Source of the DNA: Acidobacteriota bacterium
GTDB lineage: Bacteria; Acidobacteriota; Blastocatellia; RBC074
Direction: 5' to 3'
NCBI GenBank assembly: GCA_040007715.1
Contig: JBDTUN010000644.1
Location: 1-58,432, forward strand
DNA: 58,432 nucleotides
The translations under genes were made by a program, and so were the position numbers. This document shows positions 21,248-33,434 of this stretch, one piece after another. The notes under the pieces were generated by a model. The model saw only the letters and a program-made list of their open reading frames with translations, did not search any database and was not told the origin of the DNA. Position 1 is the first letter of the stretch, and each line of letters starts with the position of its first letter.

Positions 21248-22102
21248 TCAATTCACACTGTTCACGCCGCCATTGAAAACGTCTTCCAATCGCGTCGCGT
21301 CAAGCAAGCGCAGCCCCATCGCTTCCAACGCTTTCAGATCGGCCTGTTGAAGCTGTTCCCGCGCCCATTCCGGCAGGGAACCGAACCGCCGTTCAATGAG
21401 TTTCGAGAGCATCGCCGATTCACCCTGCTGCAATCCCTGCTGCAATCCCTGCTGCAATCCATCCTCAGTACCGGCAGCAAACGCTTCTTTGTAAAAAAGA
21501 TTGTCTCGGATATCGAGTGAGATTCCCATTTTGTGTGCCTCCTCTCGCACTAATTGTTCGACGCCTCTGACGCCTGACAGGATCATAAGCTTTTCAAACC
21601 AGTCCATTTGCTCGTTTTCTGGCAGCTTGCCGAGTTCCTGGACGATTCTTTTAATGCTTTTCGGCTGATTCCCTGCGTCCAGCAAAACTGCCAGGACGCT
21701 GTCAGCCGGCGAACCGCTCTCGAAAAAATATTCCGGGTTAAGCCAGCGCATGTCAATCAGCCGGTAGCGGAATTGCAGAGACTCAAAAACGATAGACTGT
21801 TTCATCGTCATCGGCTCCGAGCCGAAGTATAGAACGATCTGGATGGGCGGTTGGCGCATCAACTGGAAGATCAGTTGATAATATTCCAGTTCGCGCCAGT
21901 CCATGTTGCCATCGTTGCTACCCTGCAACTCCAAATGGACGATCGCGCCTTTATCGAATCGGGCGACAAAGTCGGGCCGGCGCATGCGGATGCTGGGAAA
22001 TTCGACCGTCAGTATCTCGCTGGGTTGTTGCAGTCCCAATACCCGCCATAGGCCGGGCGTTCCGGCTTGCAGCAATTCTTTCAATATCGTGTCGTATTTC
22101 AT
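21248..22102 (-). CDS. Rpn-like (recombination-promoting nuclease / PD-(D/E)XK) protein with C-terminal DUF4351-like domain
   Basis: YDTILKEL...RRPDFV....IVHLELQ...MDWRELEY nuclease-like core; GLQQ repeats; C-terminus [21 protein letters not shown]...[15 protein letters not shown]. Confidence 0.8.
   Translation of the reverse strand: MKYDTILKELLQAGTPGLWRVLGLQQPSEILTVEFPSIRMRRPDFVARFDKGAIVHLELQGSNDGNMDWRELEYYQLIFQLMRQPPIQIVLYFGSEPMTMKQSIVFESLQFRYRLIDMRWLNPEYFFESGSPADSVLAVLLDAGNQPKSIKRIVQELGKLPENEQMDWFEKLMILSGVRGVEQLVREEAHKMGISLDIRDNLFYKEAFAAGTEDGLQQGLQQGLQQGESAMLSKLIERRFGSLPEWAREQLQQADLKALEAMGLRLLDATRLEDVFNGGVNSVN
21423..21460. repeat. 12-bp tandem repeat x3 encoding (GLQQ)3
   Basis: CCCTGCTGCAAT repeated three times on the plus strand. 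Confidence 0.9.
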
Positions 22103-22139
22103 CGTCTGATCTCCATTTCATTCGACTGCGGTATACGAC

Positions 22140-23093
22140 TCACACAAAGCTTAAGTTGCGCTTGGCCAGTCCCGATGCAAAGTACCGTACAGCGCGGTCG
22201 CGGTCTCTTGTGATCTGCGCCTTCAGTTCGTCAATGCCTGCAAACTTTTTCTCGCCGCGCAGCCGGTGCAACACGCGGACGCGGAGTATCTGGTCGTAAA
22301 GATCGCCGTCAAAGTCAATCACGTGCGTCTCGACTTTCGATTCAAGCTCGCCGCCGAAAGTCGGGCGCTTGCCGATGTTGGTCACGCTGCGCCGCCAGGC
22401 GCCGTCAATCAGCGCCAGCGTGACGTAAACCCCGTCCACCGGCAGCACACGGTTTTGCAGTTCCAGATTGGCCGTCGGGTAGAGCAGTTGTCGGCCAATC
22501 CCATGGCCGCGTATGACCATGCCTTCGATGCCGTAGGGGCGTCCAAGCATTCGCCGCGCGACGTTGACGCGGCCCGCTTTCAACAACATCCGCACCATCG
22601 TCGAACTGATGCGGCGGCCTCGCAGTTGGACTTCGGGAACTTCAGCGGCCTGGAAGCCAAGTTGGTGGCTGAGCGTTTGCAGAAGCTCGATGTTGCCGCG
22701 CCGGTCGTGGCCGAACGCGAATCCTTTGCCCAGATAGACCTCGCGCGCTTGCAGACCGTCAAGGATATATCGTGCAACGAATTCTTCCGGTGACAGTGCG
22801 GCCAACTGCTGATTGAACTCCAGCACCACGACCTGCTCAATGCCCAAGCCGCGCAGGCCTTCCATTTTCTGATTGAAGGTTTGCAGCAGCGGCGGCGCGG
22901 TGTCGGGTTTGAGCACCTGGCGCGGGTGCGGATCGAAGGTGATCAAGGTCGGCGTTGCATCAATCAACAGCGCGCGTTCGACGACCGTGCGGACAATTGC
23001 CTGGTGGCCCAGATGCAGACCGTCGAACACGCCCAACGTCAACACTGTCGGGCGTCGAATCCCTGCGTCTTCAATGCCATGAAAAATGTTCAT
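22140..23093 (-). CDS. ribF: Bifunctional riboflavin kinase / FAD synthetase
   Basis: [47 protein letters not shown]. Confidence 0.97.
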   Translation of the reverse strand: MNIFHGIEDAGIRRPTVLTLGVFDGLHLGHQAIVRTVVERALLIDATPTLITFDPHPRQVLKPDTAPPLLQTFNQKMEGLRGLGIEQVVVLEFNQQLAALSPEEFVARYILDGLQAREVYLGKGFAFGHDRRGNIELLQTLSHQLGFQAAEVPEVQLRGRRISSTMVRMLLKAGRVNVARRMLGRPYGIEGMVIRGHGIGRQLLYPTANLELQNRVLPVDGVYVTLALIDGAWRRSVTNIGKRPTFGGELESKVETHVIDFDGDLYDQILRVRVLHRLRGEKKFAGIDELKAQITRDRDRAVRYFASGLAKRNLSFV

Positions 23094-23096
23094 TCT

Positions 23097-23876
23097 TCAA
23101 ATTTCCAATTGCAGCCCGTCGTACGCCGGCTCGACGCCTTCGGGCAGAATCCGGCAAAGCTCCGAATGCTTGAAATTGTGACTCATATGAGTCAACAACG
23201 CGCGGCCCGGTTTCAGTTCGGCGATGTAGCGTAATGTTTGTTCCAGATGAAGATGCGTTGCGTGCGGCTTGATTCCCAGCGCGTCAATAATCAGCAGATC
23301 AAGCCCGCGAAGCTTTGCCAGCGACGCTTCAGGAATGAGGTTGCAGTCGGTGATGAAAGCAACATCTTTCTGTCGTCCGGCTTCTTCGGCGCTGAACCGA
23401 AACCCCGTCACCGGCAGCGTACCGTGAATTACGTCGAAAGGAGTAACGGTCAATCCGCAAACTGCGAACTGGCCGTCTATCGTATGTGGCGTCAATTGCG
23501 GCAATCCGCCGCCAACGTAGGTTTTCTCGAAAATGTAGCTGAAAACGCTGCGCAGCCCGCGCCACGTGACTTCGCTGGCATAAAGCGGGATCGGCCCGTG
23601 ACGGAAATTGAAGGGCCGAACGTCGTCCAGCCCGAAGACGTGATCGGCGTGGCAGTGCGTAATCAACAGCGCGTCCAGCCGGTCAAGTTTCTCTCGTAGC
23701 GCCTGCTGCCGGAAGTCCGCCGAAACGTCCACAACCAATCGCTGATCGTTATTTTCTATCAGCAGGCCGGTGCGCAGCCGGTTATCGCGCGGATCTTCCG
23801 ACCGGCAAACTTCGCACTTACATCCAATCATCGGAATACCGACGGAAGTTCCAGTGCCGAGAAACGTGATTTTCAT
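23097..23876 (-). CDS. MBL-fold metallo-hydrolase (PhnP-like)
   Basis: [36 protein letters not shown]. Confidence 0.92.
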   Translation of the reverse strand: MKITFLGTGTSVGIPMIGCKCEVCRSEDPRDNRLRTGLLIENNDQRLVVDVSADFRQQALREKLDRLDALLITHCHADHVFGLDDVRPFNFRHGPIPLYASEVTWRGLRSVFSYIFEKTYVGGGLPQLTPHTIDGQFAVCGLTVTPFDVIHGTLPVTGFRFSAEEAGRQKDVAFITDCNLIPEASLAKLRGLDLLIIDALGIKPHATHLHLEQTLRYIAELKPGRALLTHMSHNFKHSELCRILPEGVEPAYDGLQLEI

Positions 23877-23911
23877 GGGAGCATTCAGCGGCTTTTTGCC
23901 AGCCGTCTTCG

Positions 23912-24373
23912 TCAGCCGCCTCTTCGCATTGCCACGAATTGGGTTTGCAAGTCGGCCAGCAGGTCTTCGATGAATCGCGCTTCGCCCTGTGTCAGATTAC
24001 CTTTCGTCTTTTCGTGCAGCATGACCAGCACGTCAATTGTTTCTTTCGCCGCCATCAAATCAACCTGGCGGCGGCCCGTGGACGGATGCTCGACCATGCC
24101 CAGATAGACAAAAGCGGACGAAGCGATGTTCATCAGAAGCTCAGTGAACATTGTCTGTTCGGGCATCGCGTTCGGATCATCAGCCAAAAATTCCTCTGGC
24201 GGCATTTCTTGCAGTTCAGGCTCGGGAGTGGGAGTAACAGTGGTTGGAGGCGCAACCGGTAGGGCTGCGGGTGGAATTGGTTCTTCAATTGGCGCGTCGT
24301 CGCGCATCGTGCCGTCGGCGTTGAATAGACGGCGGTCAGTAACCTTGAAAGCGGACTGATTTTCTTCAGCCAT
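23912..24373 (-). CDS. DUF1844 domain-containing protein
   Basis: [10 protein letters not shown]-terminus, Pro-rich linker, LGMVEHP...[22 protein letters not shown]. Confidence 0.85.
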   Translation of the reverse strand: MAEENQSAFKVTDRRLFNADGTMRDDAPIEEPIPPAALPVAPPTTVTPTPEPELQEMPPEEFLADDPNAMPEQTMFTELLMNIASSAFVYLGMVEHPSTGRRQVDLMAAKETIDVLVMLHEKTKGNLTQGEARFIEDLLADLQTQFVAMRRGG

Positions 24374-24449
24374 AAATAAATCTCGCTCCTTAAGTGTTGA
24401 CTCAAATTTATCGGTAGGATTTGAAGCGAGATATTAGCATTGGCGGTTG

Positions 24450-24508
24450 TTGGTTGTCAGTGGCTGGTGGCTGGCCATTTCCACCAGCCACCAGCCACTG
24501 GCAACCAA
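24450..24508. repeat. REP-like inverted repeat built from heptamer units
   Basis: TTGGTTGTCAGTGGCTGGTGGCTGG ... CCAGCCACCAGCCACTGGCAACCAA: 25-bp arms with one G-U, between tolC and DUF1844. Confidence 0.8.
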
Positions 24509-24513
24509 TCCCG

Positions 24514-26238
24514 TTATTTCACCGAAACATTGTTGCTCGACAGCGTGGTTGAAAGTGACCGCTGCAATTCAGCCACGGCCTTGGTGTAATCGGTCAACGC
24601 TTTCAGTTCGCGGCCTCGCGCGGCGATCAATGCGTTCTGCCGATCCAGCACAAAGAAGTTGGTGGATTGCCCGGCGTCGAATTTGCGCTGTTCGCTCTGG
24701 TACTGAAGCTCAGCGTTCTCGCGGGACTTTCTGGCAGCTTCGACGCGCAGCTTGGCCGTTTCGACAGCTTGCAGCGAGTTGCGGACTTCGACCTGGATTT
24801 GCTGTTCGGTGCGCTGGCGCTGTACGTCAATCTGGCGGCCTTCTGCAATTGAACGGCCCAGATTCGCTTCCGCCGTGCGATTGCGCAGCGGCAGATTGAT
24901 GTTCACGCCGACGCGCCATGTGCGGAAGTTGTTCTTGAACAGATTCGCCAGACTCTGCCCGTTGCCGCCGATCAGAAAGTCGGGAAGCGATGAAGAAGCC
25001 GGAGGGGGAATCAGCGAAATCGGTGGATTAGGCGAGTTCTGCTGCATGTTGACGTAAGTGATCAGTTGATTGATGCGCTCGGTGGTCGTCCTGCTGGATG
25101 CCGTGAAGAAGTTGTCCCCAGTAAGCGGACTGCCCGCCAGACCGACCGTGCCGTAGTTTACGAAGAAGTCCACCTGCGGCTTTGCCTGGTCGCGGAAGAA
25201 GTCCACGTCAATCTTGTTCAAATCGCCGCGCAACCGGTACTGCTCCATCTCCGGGCGATTCTGCATGGCCAGCCGCGTGGCATCTTCGAGTGGAAGGCCG
25301 ATATTGGAATCAACCTGCGGCTTTTCGACCGGAACCAGTTCCGAATTCCACAACTCCGTTTTGTCGGGTTGCAGCATCAATGCCTTGATCGCATTTTCAG
25401 CGCGCTGGATGGCTTCGAGCGCCGCTTCGGCTTCGTCGTTGCGGCGTTCCAGTTCCACGCGGGCAGAAATAATGTCGGCAGGCGCGAGCGATCCGGCTTC
25501 GACCAGCCGCTGGTTGTGTTCAAGCTGCGTGCGAGCCAGATCAACCGATTCGCTTTTGATCTCGCGGTCTCGACGGGCGAAGACCAGATCCCAATAAGCT
25601 CGCTGCACCTGCGAAATGATCTCGATGGCGCGCTGGCGGAACTGACTGTCGGAAAGGTCCAGTCGCTTTTTGGCAAGCTTGATCTGGCGGCGCGCAGGGT
25701 CAATCGTGCGGTTCTTCAACAACGGTTGAGTGAAGCTCAGGTTGAGCGTCGAATTGTACAGCGGGTTGATTGAGTTGAACGTGTTCTGCGTTGTCGCGCG
25801 GTCGTTGTTAAACGTTGCCTGCAGCGACCCGCCCTGTTTTTGCAGCCGCTGTGTAATTGCAGCACTGATCGCCACGTCGTCCGTCAGCAATCCGCCGTTT
25901 TCGCCGCCCGCCAGGATCGAGGCTACGGGCGTATTGCGGCGGTCGTAATACAGGCTGGTGACCAGCGCCGGATCGTAAACTCCTTCCGCCGCGCGCACGT
26001 CGAACTCGTTCAACTGCACGTTCAGCCGTTCGACTTCCACATCGCGGTTGTTTTCCAGCGCCATCAATACCGAATCGCGCAACGTCAGCATTACGCGCTT
26101 GGTTGAATCCACCCCGACACGCTTGTCTTGTGGTTGGGCATCTTTCTTCGCATTATCTTGCGCTGATGCCACGGGCGTGGCCAACAAGGCCAAGGCCAAA
26201 ATTTGCATCAGCCATCGTTTGGTCTTTCGGTTTTTCAT
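24514..26238 (-). CDS. TolC family outer-membrane efflux protein
   Basis: Signal peptide; [40 protein letters not shown] repeats typical of the two OEP halves. Confidence 0.92.
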   Translation of the reverse strand: MKNRKTKRWLMQILALALLATPVASAQDNAKKDAQPQDKRVGVDSTKRVMLTLRDSVLMALENNRDVEVERLNVQLNEFDVRAAEGVYDPALVTSLYYDRRNTPVASILAGGENGGLLTDDVAISAAITQRLQKQGGSLQATFNNDRATTQNTFNSINPLYNSTLNLSFTQPLLKNRTIDPARRQIKLAKKRLDLSDSQFRQRAIEIISQVQRAYWDLVFARRDREIKSESVDLARTQLEHNQRLVEAGSLAPADIISARVELERRNDEAEAALEAIQRAENAIKALMLQPDKTELWNSELVPVEKPQVDSNIGLPLEDATRLAMQNRPEMEQYRLRGDLNKIDVDFFRDQAKPQVDFFVNYGTVGLAGSPLTGDNFFTASSRTTTERINQLITYVNMQQNSPNPPISLIPPPASSSLPDFLIGGNGQSLANLFKNNFRTWRVGVNINLPLRNRTAEANLGRSIAEGRQIDVQRQRTEQQIQVEVRNSLQAVETAKLRVEAARKSRENAELQYQSEQRKFDAGQSTNFFVLDRQNALIAARGRELKALTDYTKAVAELQRSLSTTLSSNNVSVK

Positions 26239-26240
26239 TC

Positions 26241-27200
26241 TTAAAACTCCCTCCCTCTGTTTTGCTCTTTCGCTTTTCGATAAACAACCGCCGCCGCCGC
26301 TATGTCTTCAATGGCGATGCCGAGCGATTTGAAAAGCGTGATTTGTTCGTCGCTTGTGCGTCCCTGCATCTGGCCAGCAACGACGTAGCGCATTTCTTTG
26401 ACCCGCTCCCACGTCAGCAAACCTTTTTCGACAGCCATCACAAATTCGCCAGATTCGATCTTTGCCTGATCCAGCGAATCCACGGTCAGCAGTGCGGCGC
26501 GCTTGATGGTTTCGTCGTCAAATTCGCGGCGCAGGATTGAATTGCCGCCCGCCGCGTTGATGTGCGCTCCCGGTTTCAGCCAAGCGCCTTCCACCACAGG
26601 CTCGCGCGAAGAGGTGATGGTAATCAGAACATCCGCGTCGGCTGCTGCTTCCGGGCTTTCGACCGGATGAATATTGGCCAGATTCAACTGCGCCGCCATT
26701 TCTTCGCAAAACTGTTTGCGGCGTTCAGGCGTGCGGCTGAAGACTTTTACCTCTTTGATCTGCCGAACCGCGCAAACCGCCGCCAATTGGCTCTGCGCCT
26801 GCCAGCCAGTGCCGTAAATCCCAACTGTCTTTGCATCCGTGCCCGCCAGATACTTCGTCGCCACACCGCTGGCAGCGCCCGTGCGCATCTGGCCGAGCTT
26901 GTCGGCTTCGATCAGTGCAAGCAGTTCGCCCGTCGTCGCGTCGAACAAGTTGACGTAGAACCGCGCCTTGCCACGAGCAACAGTGTAAGCCTTAAAACCG
27001 AGCAGGCCTTTGAATTCTCCGAAGTTCGCAACGGCCCCGCTCATCGTCATCAAGACCGAGCCTTGTGTGCGCACGCGTCGGCGCGGTTCATTGGTGGCCT
27101 CGCCGGTGGCTTGCAACTTGAAGACGGATTCGACAGCGGCAATCGTGTCTTCCATCGTCAGCAATTCAGTCACGTCTTGTTCTGTCAGGAAAATCGGCAT
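26241..27200 (-). CDS. Ornithine cyclodeaminase / mu-crystallin family protein
   Basis: [56 protein letters not shown]. Confidence 0.92.
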   Translation of the reverse strand: MPIFLTEQDVTELLTMEDTIAAVESVFKLQATGEATNEPRRRVRTQGSVLMTMSGAVANFGEFKGLLGFKAYTVARGKARFYVNLFDATTGELLALIEADKLGQMRTGAASGVATKYLAGTDAKTVGIYGTGWQAQSQLAAVCAVRQIKEVKVFSRTPERRKQFCEEMAAQLNLANIHPVESPEAAADADVLITITSSREPVVEGAWLKPGAHINAAGGNSILRREFDDETIKRAALLTVDSLDQAKIESGEFVMAVEKGLLTWERVKEMRYVVAGQMQGRTSDEQITLFKSLGIAIEDIAAAAVVYRKAKEQNRGREF

Positions 27201-27206
27201 AGGTTT

Positions 27207-27542
27207 TCAAGCAACGGCAAAGCCAGTGTAAGGACGTTTGTATGGCGCGTGAAAGGCCAGCACGATGTCTTCCTTCGGCACGCCTTTTTCTAAGAGCTTC
27301 TCCGCAATACGGTAATCGGTCATATCCTGCTGCAACCAGATTTTGCCATCCTTGATGTCGAGGTGGACGGAGTTGCCATAAGTACGATCGAGTTCGCGCC
27401 AGCCGACATTGACCAACAGGTAGTGATCGTGCGCGCGGTCTATTACCAATTCAGTCTCAATCTCAACCGGAATTGATTTATAACCGGCAAGCTCTTCCAG
27501 AATCTCCTGAATGTAGTTGCGGTAACGGTCTAGCTTATCCAT
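27207..27542 (-). CDS. xisI: XisI family protein
   Basis: MDKLDRYR..IQEIL...DHYLLVNVGW...HLDIKDGKIWLQ.D.T...A..L...GVPKEDIVLAFH.PY.R..TGFAVA. Confidence 0.92.
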   Translation of the reverse strand: MDKLDRYRNYIQEILEELAGYKSIPVEIETELVIDRAHDHYLLVNVGWRELDRTYGNSVHLDIKDGKIWLQQDMTDYRIAEKLLEKGVPKEDIVLAFHAPYKRPYTGFAVA

Positions 27543-27946
27543 TTGAGAAGTACCTCCTTGCGTGGTTCGTACACGATCAGCCGCAGTTCATAGCGTTCGA
27601 TCATGATTTGCGCGAATGGCTGTCTGAAGAAGTTATCGTACGCTTCAGTGGGAACAGCCAGGTAGAGGACGCGATCAGGGTCTTGTTTCTCCAAGCCTAC
27701 CTTGTAGCTCAAAAACTGTCCGAGAGCGTTGTAGAACTCATAGATCAAAGATAAGGCCGTAAAGCTTTTGATTTCGACCGCAATCAAGTCCTGTCCTTTT
27801 ACAGCAGCCATAATTCTTTCCGCCCCAAGATCAACGGACATATCCGCGCCACCCATCTTGATGGGTAATGGGTCGTGCGTGATTGTCCACCCGTCCTTCT
27901 CCAATGCTTTTCTGACAGCGTCATGAAATTTGTCTCTGGCTGGCAT
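27530..27946 (-). CDS. xisH: XisH family protein (restriction-endonuclease-like fold)
   Basis: MPARDKFHDAVR.ALEKDGWTITHDPL...DLGAE...IAVEIKSF...ALGQF..Y...PDRVLYLAVP; overlaps xisI. Confidence 0.92.
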   Translation of the reverse strand: MPARDKFHDAVRKALEKDGWTITHDPLPIKMGGADMSVDLGAERIMAAVKGQDLIAVEIKSFTALSLIYEFYNALGQFLSYKVGLEKQDPDRVLYLAVPTEAYDNFFRQPFAQIMIERYELRLIVYEPRKEVLLKWIS

Positions 27947-27955
27947 TGCATCACC

Positions 27956-30900
27956 TCACTTGTTGAAAAGCCCGAACAGTGATGCCGTCGCCGTCGCTGC
28001 CTTCTGCCTGATGCCGCCAGTCAATGAACCCCAGCGCGCTCCGATGCGCCCCCAGACTTTTGAATTGATCGCATCATCAAACAGCGAATAAGCCACCGGC
28101 GTCACCAGCAGCGTCAGCGCCAGACACAGCGTCTGTCCGCCGATCACCACCACCGAAGTCGAACGGTTGATGCCCGCGCCGGGGCCGTTGCTGAATGCCA
28201 GCGGAGACATACCGGCGACGAAGGCGATCGTCGTCATCAGGATCGGGCGTAGACGGTCGCGGCTGGACTGAGCCAAGGCGTCGTGGCGTTCCATGCCTTT
28301 AGCGCGCAGGCCGTTGGCGTGGTCAATCTGCAAGATCGAATTCTTTTTGACCATCCCGAACAGCACCAGCAGGCCGAGCATCGTGAACATATTGAATGCC
28401 TGACCGGTGATCAGCAGCGAGATCAGCGCGAACGGCAAGCTCAGCGGCAGCGCCAACAGCACAGTTATTGGGTGAATGAATGATTCGAACTGCGCGGCCA
28501 GCACGATGTACATAAAGATGAACGACAGCAGGAACGCCATAATGAAACCGCGTCCGGTGCGCGCCAATTCCTTGCTGTTGCCCGACACGCCAGCGACGTA
28601 AGCTGGCGGCAGGTTCATCGCCTTCACTTCGTTGTTGAGCACGGCGAGCGTGGCGCTTTGCGAAAAGCCCGGCTTCAGGTTGGCCGTCAGCAAAACCTGG
28701 CGCTGCCGGCTGGTGCGCTCAATCTGGGTGGGGCCGGTGGCCTCCTGCATCTTGACGATGCTGTCCAGGCCGACGCTGCCCAGCCGCGTGGAAGGCACGT
28801 TCAGTTGGCTGATGCCTTCGGCGGTGGTGCGGAAGTTTTGGTTGGCGCGAATGTGGACTTCGTACTGTTCGCCGCTTTCGTTGAAGGTCGAAATCTGATC
28901 GCCGCCAACCAGCAGCCGCAGACTTTCCGCCACATCGCGAATGTTAACGCCCAAATCGGCTGACTTCTGCCGGTCAATCACCGTGCGCAGTTCGGGTTTG
29001 CCCAAAATCAGCGAACTGTCGGCATCCACAACGCCCGGCGTTGATTTAAGTTTGTTGAGCAGCCGAGACGAATACTGGTCAAGTTTTTCCAGATCAGGGC
29101 CTCGCAGCATGAAGCTTACGTCAGCATTGAAACGCCCGCCGCCCCCGCTAATCGCGGCCACCGGCGAAACCGTCGTGCGCAGGTTGTAAGACGTGAACTT
29201 GTCCAATACTTGATCGCGCACCTTGCCCATAACTACGAACTGCGAAATAGGGCGTTCGGCCAGCGGCTTCATCTTGACGTAGATGTTCGCCAAGTTCTGA
29301 GTCTTTTGCTGATCTTCGCCGATGGTCGTCAGCGTGTAATTGATGTAGCCATCTTTCAGCCCGCGAATTCCAGCAGCGACTTGCTGCGTAATCTCCAGAG
29401 TCTTTTGCAGCGACATGCCCTCCGGCGTGCGCACCGTTACTTCAAATTCGTCTTGATCGTCCTGCGGGAAGAAGTTGAAGCCGACGTATTTGGCGAAAGC
29501 CAGTGGCGAGAAGAGAACCACGAGCGCCGCCACAACGACGATCCAGCGGTGGTGCAGGGAAAAGACAAGCGACTTCGAGTACCAGCGATCCAGCCAGCGC
29601 ATGATGAATGACGACTTTTCTACCTCGTGTTTTACCGGCTCGCCCTCTTTTGCCGGTGGCGCATCGGATTTGCGCTTAATTCGCTTCAGCATTCGCGCGC
29701 TGAGCATCGGCGTCAGCGTGAAGCTGACCAGCAGCGAAACCATAATCGCAAACGACATCGTCAGAGCCATGCTCTTGAAAAAACGTCCCGGAATGCTCTG
29801 CATAAAGGCGACGGGGAGGAAGATCACAACCAGCGATAGGGTCGTCGCCATGACCGCCATTCCGATCTCTTTGGTTGCTTCGATGGCCGCCTGATACGGC
29901 TCGTAACCTTTTTCTTCGATATAGCGGAAGATGTTTTCAAGCACGACGATAGCATCGTCAATCACGATGCCCACCGAAAGCGTCAGGCCAAGCATCGAAG
30001 GGCCGTTCAAAGTAATGCCCGCATATTCCATCGCGGCGAACGTCGAGATGATCGAAGTCGGGATGGCAATGGCCGAGATGATCGTCGCGCGGATGTTTTG
30101 CATAAACAGCAGTACGACCAGCGCCGCCAGAATGGAACCCAGGATCAAGTGTTCCCGGATAGCGTGGAACGACGCCAGAATGAAGATGGATTGATCGCGC
30201 ACGATGTCCAAGGCGTATCCGGCGGGCAGGCCTTTTTTCAGTTCCGTCAGCCGTTCTTTGATTTCGTCAATCACGTCCACCGTGTTCGTGCCGGATTGGC
30301 GGCGCACTTGAAGCAAGAGGGCTGGTTTGTCGTTCAATCGTCCCGCGCTCAACTCATCTTCCACACCGTCTTCGGTATGGCCAACATCGGAAATTTTGAT
30401 TGGGTAGCCGTTGCGACTGGTGACGACGATGTTGTTGAAGTCTGATGAAGATTGCAGCCGTCCCAGAGTGCGCAACGTAAGCGTGCGATCCGTCTGTTCA
30501 ATGCGTCCGCCTGGCACTTCCAGATTTTGTGCCTGCAACGCCTGCGTGACGTTCGCGACTGTCAGGTTGTAAGCGCGCAGTTTGTCGCCGTCCAGGTAAA
30601 CGTTGATCTGCCGTTGGCGACCGCCGACGATCAGCACCTGGCCGACGCCGCTGACTGATTCAATCTGCCGCCGCAAAACCTTGTCGGCGAATTCTGTCAT
30701 CTCGCGAACGCTGCGGTTGGACGCGACCGAAATCGTCATGATCGGCGACGCATCGGGATCGAGTTTTTCAATCGTCGGTTGGTCTATCGTCTGGGGCAGG
30801 TTGGGCAGCACACGGTTGATTTTGTCGCGCACATCCTGCGCCGCGCTGTCCAGATCGCGCTCAAGCAGGAACGTGACAAAGACCAGCGAGACGCCTTCGG

Positions 30901-31156
30901 ATGAAGTTGAGCGCAGTTCGTCAATCCCGCTAATGGTATTAACGGCCTCTTCGATTTTATCAGTGATCTCGGTTTCGATTTCTTGCGGCGCCGCTCCGGG
31001 CAGGCGTGTGGTGATGGTGATGGTTGGGAATTCGACGCGCGGAAATCGTTCGACGGTCAGCCGGTTGTAAGAGAAAATACCCAGCACCACCAAAGTCATA
31101 ATCAGCATCGTGGCGAAGACCGGACGACGGACACAAATTTCAGCCAACTTCTGCAT
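27956..31156 (-). CDS. RND efflux transporter permease (AcrB/HAE1 family)
   Basis: 1066 aa; [21 protein letters not shown] (proton-relay Asp pair), [22 protein letters not shown]. Confidence 0.97.
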   Translation of the reverse strand: MQKLAEICVRRPVFATMLIMTLVVLGIFSYNRLTVERFPRVEFPTITITTRLPGAAPQEIETEITDKIEEAVNTISGIDELRSTSSEGVSLVFVTFLLERDLDSAAQDVRDKINRVLPNLPQTIDQPTIEKLDPDASPIMTISVASNRSVREMTEFADKVLRRQIESVSGVGQVLIVGGRQRQINVYLDGDKLRAYNLTVANVTQALQAQNLEVPGGRIEQTDRTLTLRTLGRLQSSSDFNNIVVTSRNGYPIKISDVGHTEDGVEDELSAGRLNDKPALLLQVRRQSGTNTVDVIDEIKERLTELKKGLPAGYALDIVRDQSIFILASFHAIREHLILGSILAALVVLLFMQNIRATIISAIAIPTSIISTFAAMEYAGITLNGPSMLGLTLSVGIVIDDAIVVLENIFRYIEEKGYEPYQAAIEATKEIGMAVMATTLSLVVIFLPVAFMQSIPGRFFKSMALTMSFAIMVSLLVSFTLTPMLSARMLKRIKRKSDAPPAKEGEPVKHEVEKSSFIMRWLDRWYSKSLVFSLHHRWIVVVAALVVLFSPLAFAKYVGFNFFPQDDQDEFEVTVRTPEGMSLQKTLEITQQVAAGIRGLKDGYINYTLTTIGEDQQKTQNLANIYVKMKPLAERPISQFVVMGKVRDQVLDKFTSYNLRTTVSPVAAISGGGGRFNADVSFMLRGPDLEKLDQYSSRLLNKLKSTPGVVDADSSLILGKPELRTVIDRQKSADLGVNIRDVAESLRLLVGGDQISTFNESGEQYEVHIRANQNFRTTAEGISQLNVPSTRLGSVGLDSIVKMQEATGPTQIERTSRQRQVLLTANLKPGFSQSATLAVLNNEVKAMNLPPAYVAGVSGNSKELARTGRGFIMAFLLSFIFMYIVLAAQFESFIHPITVLLALPLSLPFALISLLITGQAFNMFTMLGLLVLFGMVKKNSILQIDHANGLRAKGMERHDALAQSSRDRLRPILMTTIAFVAGMSPLAFSNGPGAGINRSTSVVVIGGQTLCLALTLLVTPVAYSLFDDAINSKVWGRIGARWGSLTGGIRQKAATATASLFGLFNK

Positions 31157-31199
31157 AACTTCTCCCTTTTCTCCTCCACGAATTCATTCGTGGGTGAAT

Positions 31200-32477
31200 T
31201 TACTTGGCTCCGGAAACCACAGTTCCTTGCTCTAACTTGTCGGCATTGCTGGTGGCGACGATTTCGCCTTCTCTGATGCCTTCGATAATTTCGATCAGGT
31301 CGCCGTCGCTTACGCCTGTCTTGACGTTGCGTTCAACGGCCTTGCCGTTTTCGATGACGAAGACTTTGCTGAGTCCGGCGACGGTGACAACGGCGCGCGC
31401 GGGGATCATCGTTGCGGGCGCATCTTTCGCGGTAATCAGTTTTGATTTGGCGAACATTCCGGGCCTGAGCTGATTGCCGGAATTGCTGACTTCGGCTTCG
31501 ACGGTCAGGGCGCGCGTCTGTTCGTTCAGCGACGGGCCAATGCGAACGACGCGACCCGTGAAGGTGCGACCGGGGAAGGCTTCTACCGTCAGCGTCATCG
31601 TCTGCCCTTTGCGGACGATCCCGGCGGACGATTCCGGGATGTCGGCGCGCAATCGCAGGGGGTTGATCTTGACCAGCGAAACAATCTTGTTTCCGACGGC
31701 CAGATAGGTGCCACGAGCCGCCAGTTTCTCTTTTACCGCGCCGGTGATCGGCGAACGCACGACGGTGTCGGTGATGGCTTTTTTCGCCAGCGACAGTGCC
31801 GAGCGTTGCTGTTCGACCAGCGCAAGCTGCTGATTGACTGCGTCGAGCGCCGCCTGGTAGCGGGCTTGCGCGGAGTTGTATGCGGTCAGCGCCTGATCGT
31901 AAATGGAGCGCGAAATATCGCCGTTTTCAACCAGCTTCGAGTTGCGATCCAAATCCAGCTTGGCCCAATCGAGCGCGGTCTTGGCTACTCTTACGTCGGC
32001 GTTTTGCTGCGGATCAAATCTCACTCCAGCAGTAAGGCCGGTTGGCATCCCCAACCGCGCCATTGTCTGTTTCAGCGTGGCTTCGGCCTGCTCGACTTTC
32101 AGCCGGGCGTCACGCTGGTCAATCGTTGCGATGACTTGTCCCTGGGTGACGAAGCTGCCGAAATCCACATTGAGCTGGAGCAATTCGCCGGGGGCTTGCG
32201 CGCTGATGACCACTTCCTCGTCGGCAGCTAGCGAACCGACTACCTCAACGTCGCGCTGCAAACCGCGCGTGATGGCCGCCGCTGTGGTTACTTCAACAGG
32301 CGGCAGCGTAGGTGATGCCGCCGCTTTTGCCGCAGCCTCCGCTGACGGCTCTTGTTGCTTGGTGCGCGAACAGGCGACGCTGATTGCGGCAATCAGGATT
32401 GCCGCGCCAATCGCCACACTTGTTTTTGTCAGACTCAATTTGGATTCCCTCTCCTGTAAGGATTTTTGCTCACTCAT
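31200..32477 (-). CDS. RND efflux periplasmic adaptor (membrane fusion protein)
   Basis: Lipoprotein-like ISVAC, lipoyl halves ([11 protein letters not shown]; VRSPITGAV), LRPGMFA. Confidence 0.93.
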   Translation of the reverse strand: MSEQKSLQERESKLSLTKTSVAIGAAILIAAISVACSRTKQQEPSAEAAAKAAASPTLPPVEVTTAAAITRGLQRDVEVVGSLAADEEVVISAQAPGELLQLNVDFGSFVTQGQVIATIDQRDARLKVEQAEATLKQTMARLGMPTGLTAGVRFDPQQNADVRVAKTALDWAKLDLDRNSKLVENGDISRSIYDQALTAYNSAQARYQAALDAVNQQLALVEQQRSALSLAKKAITDTVVRSPITGAVKEKLAARGTYLAVGNKIVSLVKINPLRLRADIPESSAGIVRKGQTMTLTVEAFPGRTFTGRVVRIGPSLNEQTRALTVEAEVSNSGNQLRPGMFAKSKLITAKDAPATMIPARAVVTVAGLSKVFVIENGKAVERNVKTGVSDGDLIEIIEGIREGEIVATSNADKLEQGTVVSGAK

Positions 32478-32528
32478 CTGAATTCCCCGGAAAGCCGGGC
32501 CACCATTTGCGGTGTTGCCCGGCCAGTT

Positions 32529-33218
32529 TTATTTGCGGCGCTGCCGCTGTGTTTCGTGGTCGAGGTTGGTCATCGAGGCCAGGAACAGATCGGTGAACCG
32601 TTCCGCCGCTTGCCGGTTGGTCAGGTTCATCGGCTCATCGTCATAACGGCAGAAGAACTTTTTGAACATGACGTGATTGATAATCGTCCCCAAAAAACAG
32701 CGCACGGCTGTCATTGGGTCTACGCGACGGAACGCGCCTTCGGCAATTCGTTTCTTGATGTAATCCGCCAGTTGGCGGTGCGTTTTTGAAATATGATTGC
32801 GGTAGATCATCTCGGCCATTTCGTGTCCTTCCAGCGCGCTATAAAGCAGGATACGCATCGCCATATCATCGTGTTCGTGGAACTCCAGCAGCGTGAAGGC
32901 GAGCGATTCAAAGACCCGCCGGTCGTCGCCGGCCTTGATCGCTTCGTCAAACGCAGTGCGCATTGTCTGAACAGCGGGCGATTTCGCCTTATGATCTATG
33001 ATCGCCACGTACAGATCACCTTTGGTGGCGAAATGGCGAAAAATGATCGCCTCATTGACACCGGCGGCCAGCGCAATTTCCTTGGTAGTTGTGCCGCGAA
33101 ACCCTTTCTGCGAAAAGAGTTGTAAGGCAACCTCTAAAATCTGCTGGCGGCGATCTTCCGCGGCCATTCTGCCGGATAACTTCAACTCCGGCTTCTCCTG
33201 AATTTTCTTTGGAATCAT
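32529..33218 (-). CDS. TetR/AcrR family transcriptional regulator
   Basis: [47 protein letters not shown]; first gene of the efflux operon; start uncertain. Confidence 0.95.
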   Translation of the reverse strand: MIPKKIQEKPELKLSGRMAAEDRRQQILEVALQLFSQKGFRGTTTKEIALAAGVNEAIIFRHFATKGDLYVAIIDHKAKSPAVQTMRTAFDEAIKAGDDRRVFESLAFTLLEFHEHDDMAMRILLYSALEGHEMAEMIYRNHISKTHRQLADYIKKRIAEGAFRRVDPMTAVRCFLGTIINHVMFKKFFCRYDDEPMNLTNRQAAERFTDLFLASMTNLDHETQRQRRK

Positions 33219-33314
33219 CTGGCGGTTTGTATTAGCCGGGCTTTTTCTACATCCCCGGCTTTTCATCCTTTATCGAATTCAGCAAGTCGGGCTTGCCGCC
33301 TGCCGCTCACTTTG

Positions 33315-33385
33315 TAAGTAAGTGCCTACTTACTTAACATACGGCGGCGGAAGCTGGCAAGCGGAAGTTGTAAGTGAGCACTTAC
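33315..33385. promoter_or_regulatory. Two palindromic operators, probably for the TetR regulator
   Basis: TAAGTAAGT-GCCT-ACTTACTTA (33315-33336) and GTAAGTG-AG-CACTTAC (33370-33385) share the core GTAAGT-N4-ACTTAC. Confidence 0.75.
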
Positions 33386-33434
33386 TTGCTGGGAAGTCCG
33401 CTGTGGGAAAAGGCTGGCTGAGGTAATGGATTAG

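Noticed and set aside
21248-22102. Active insertion sequence
   Set aside because: No terminal inverted repeats or target duplication; Rpn-family proteins are not established transposases.
27207-27946. fdxN-type excision element
   Set aside because: No recombinase, no interrupted target gene and no flanking direct repeats were seen.
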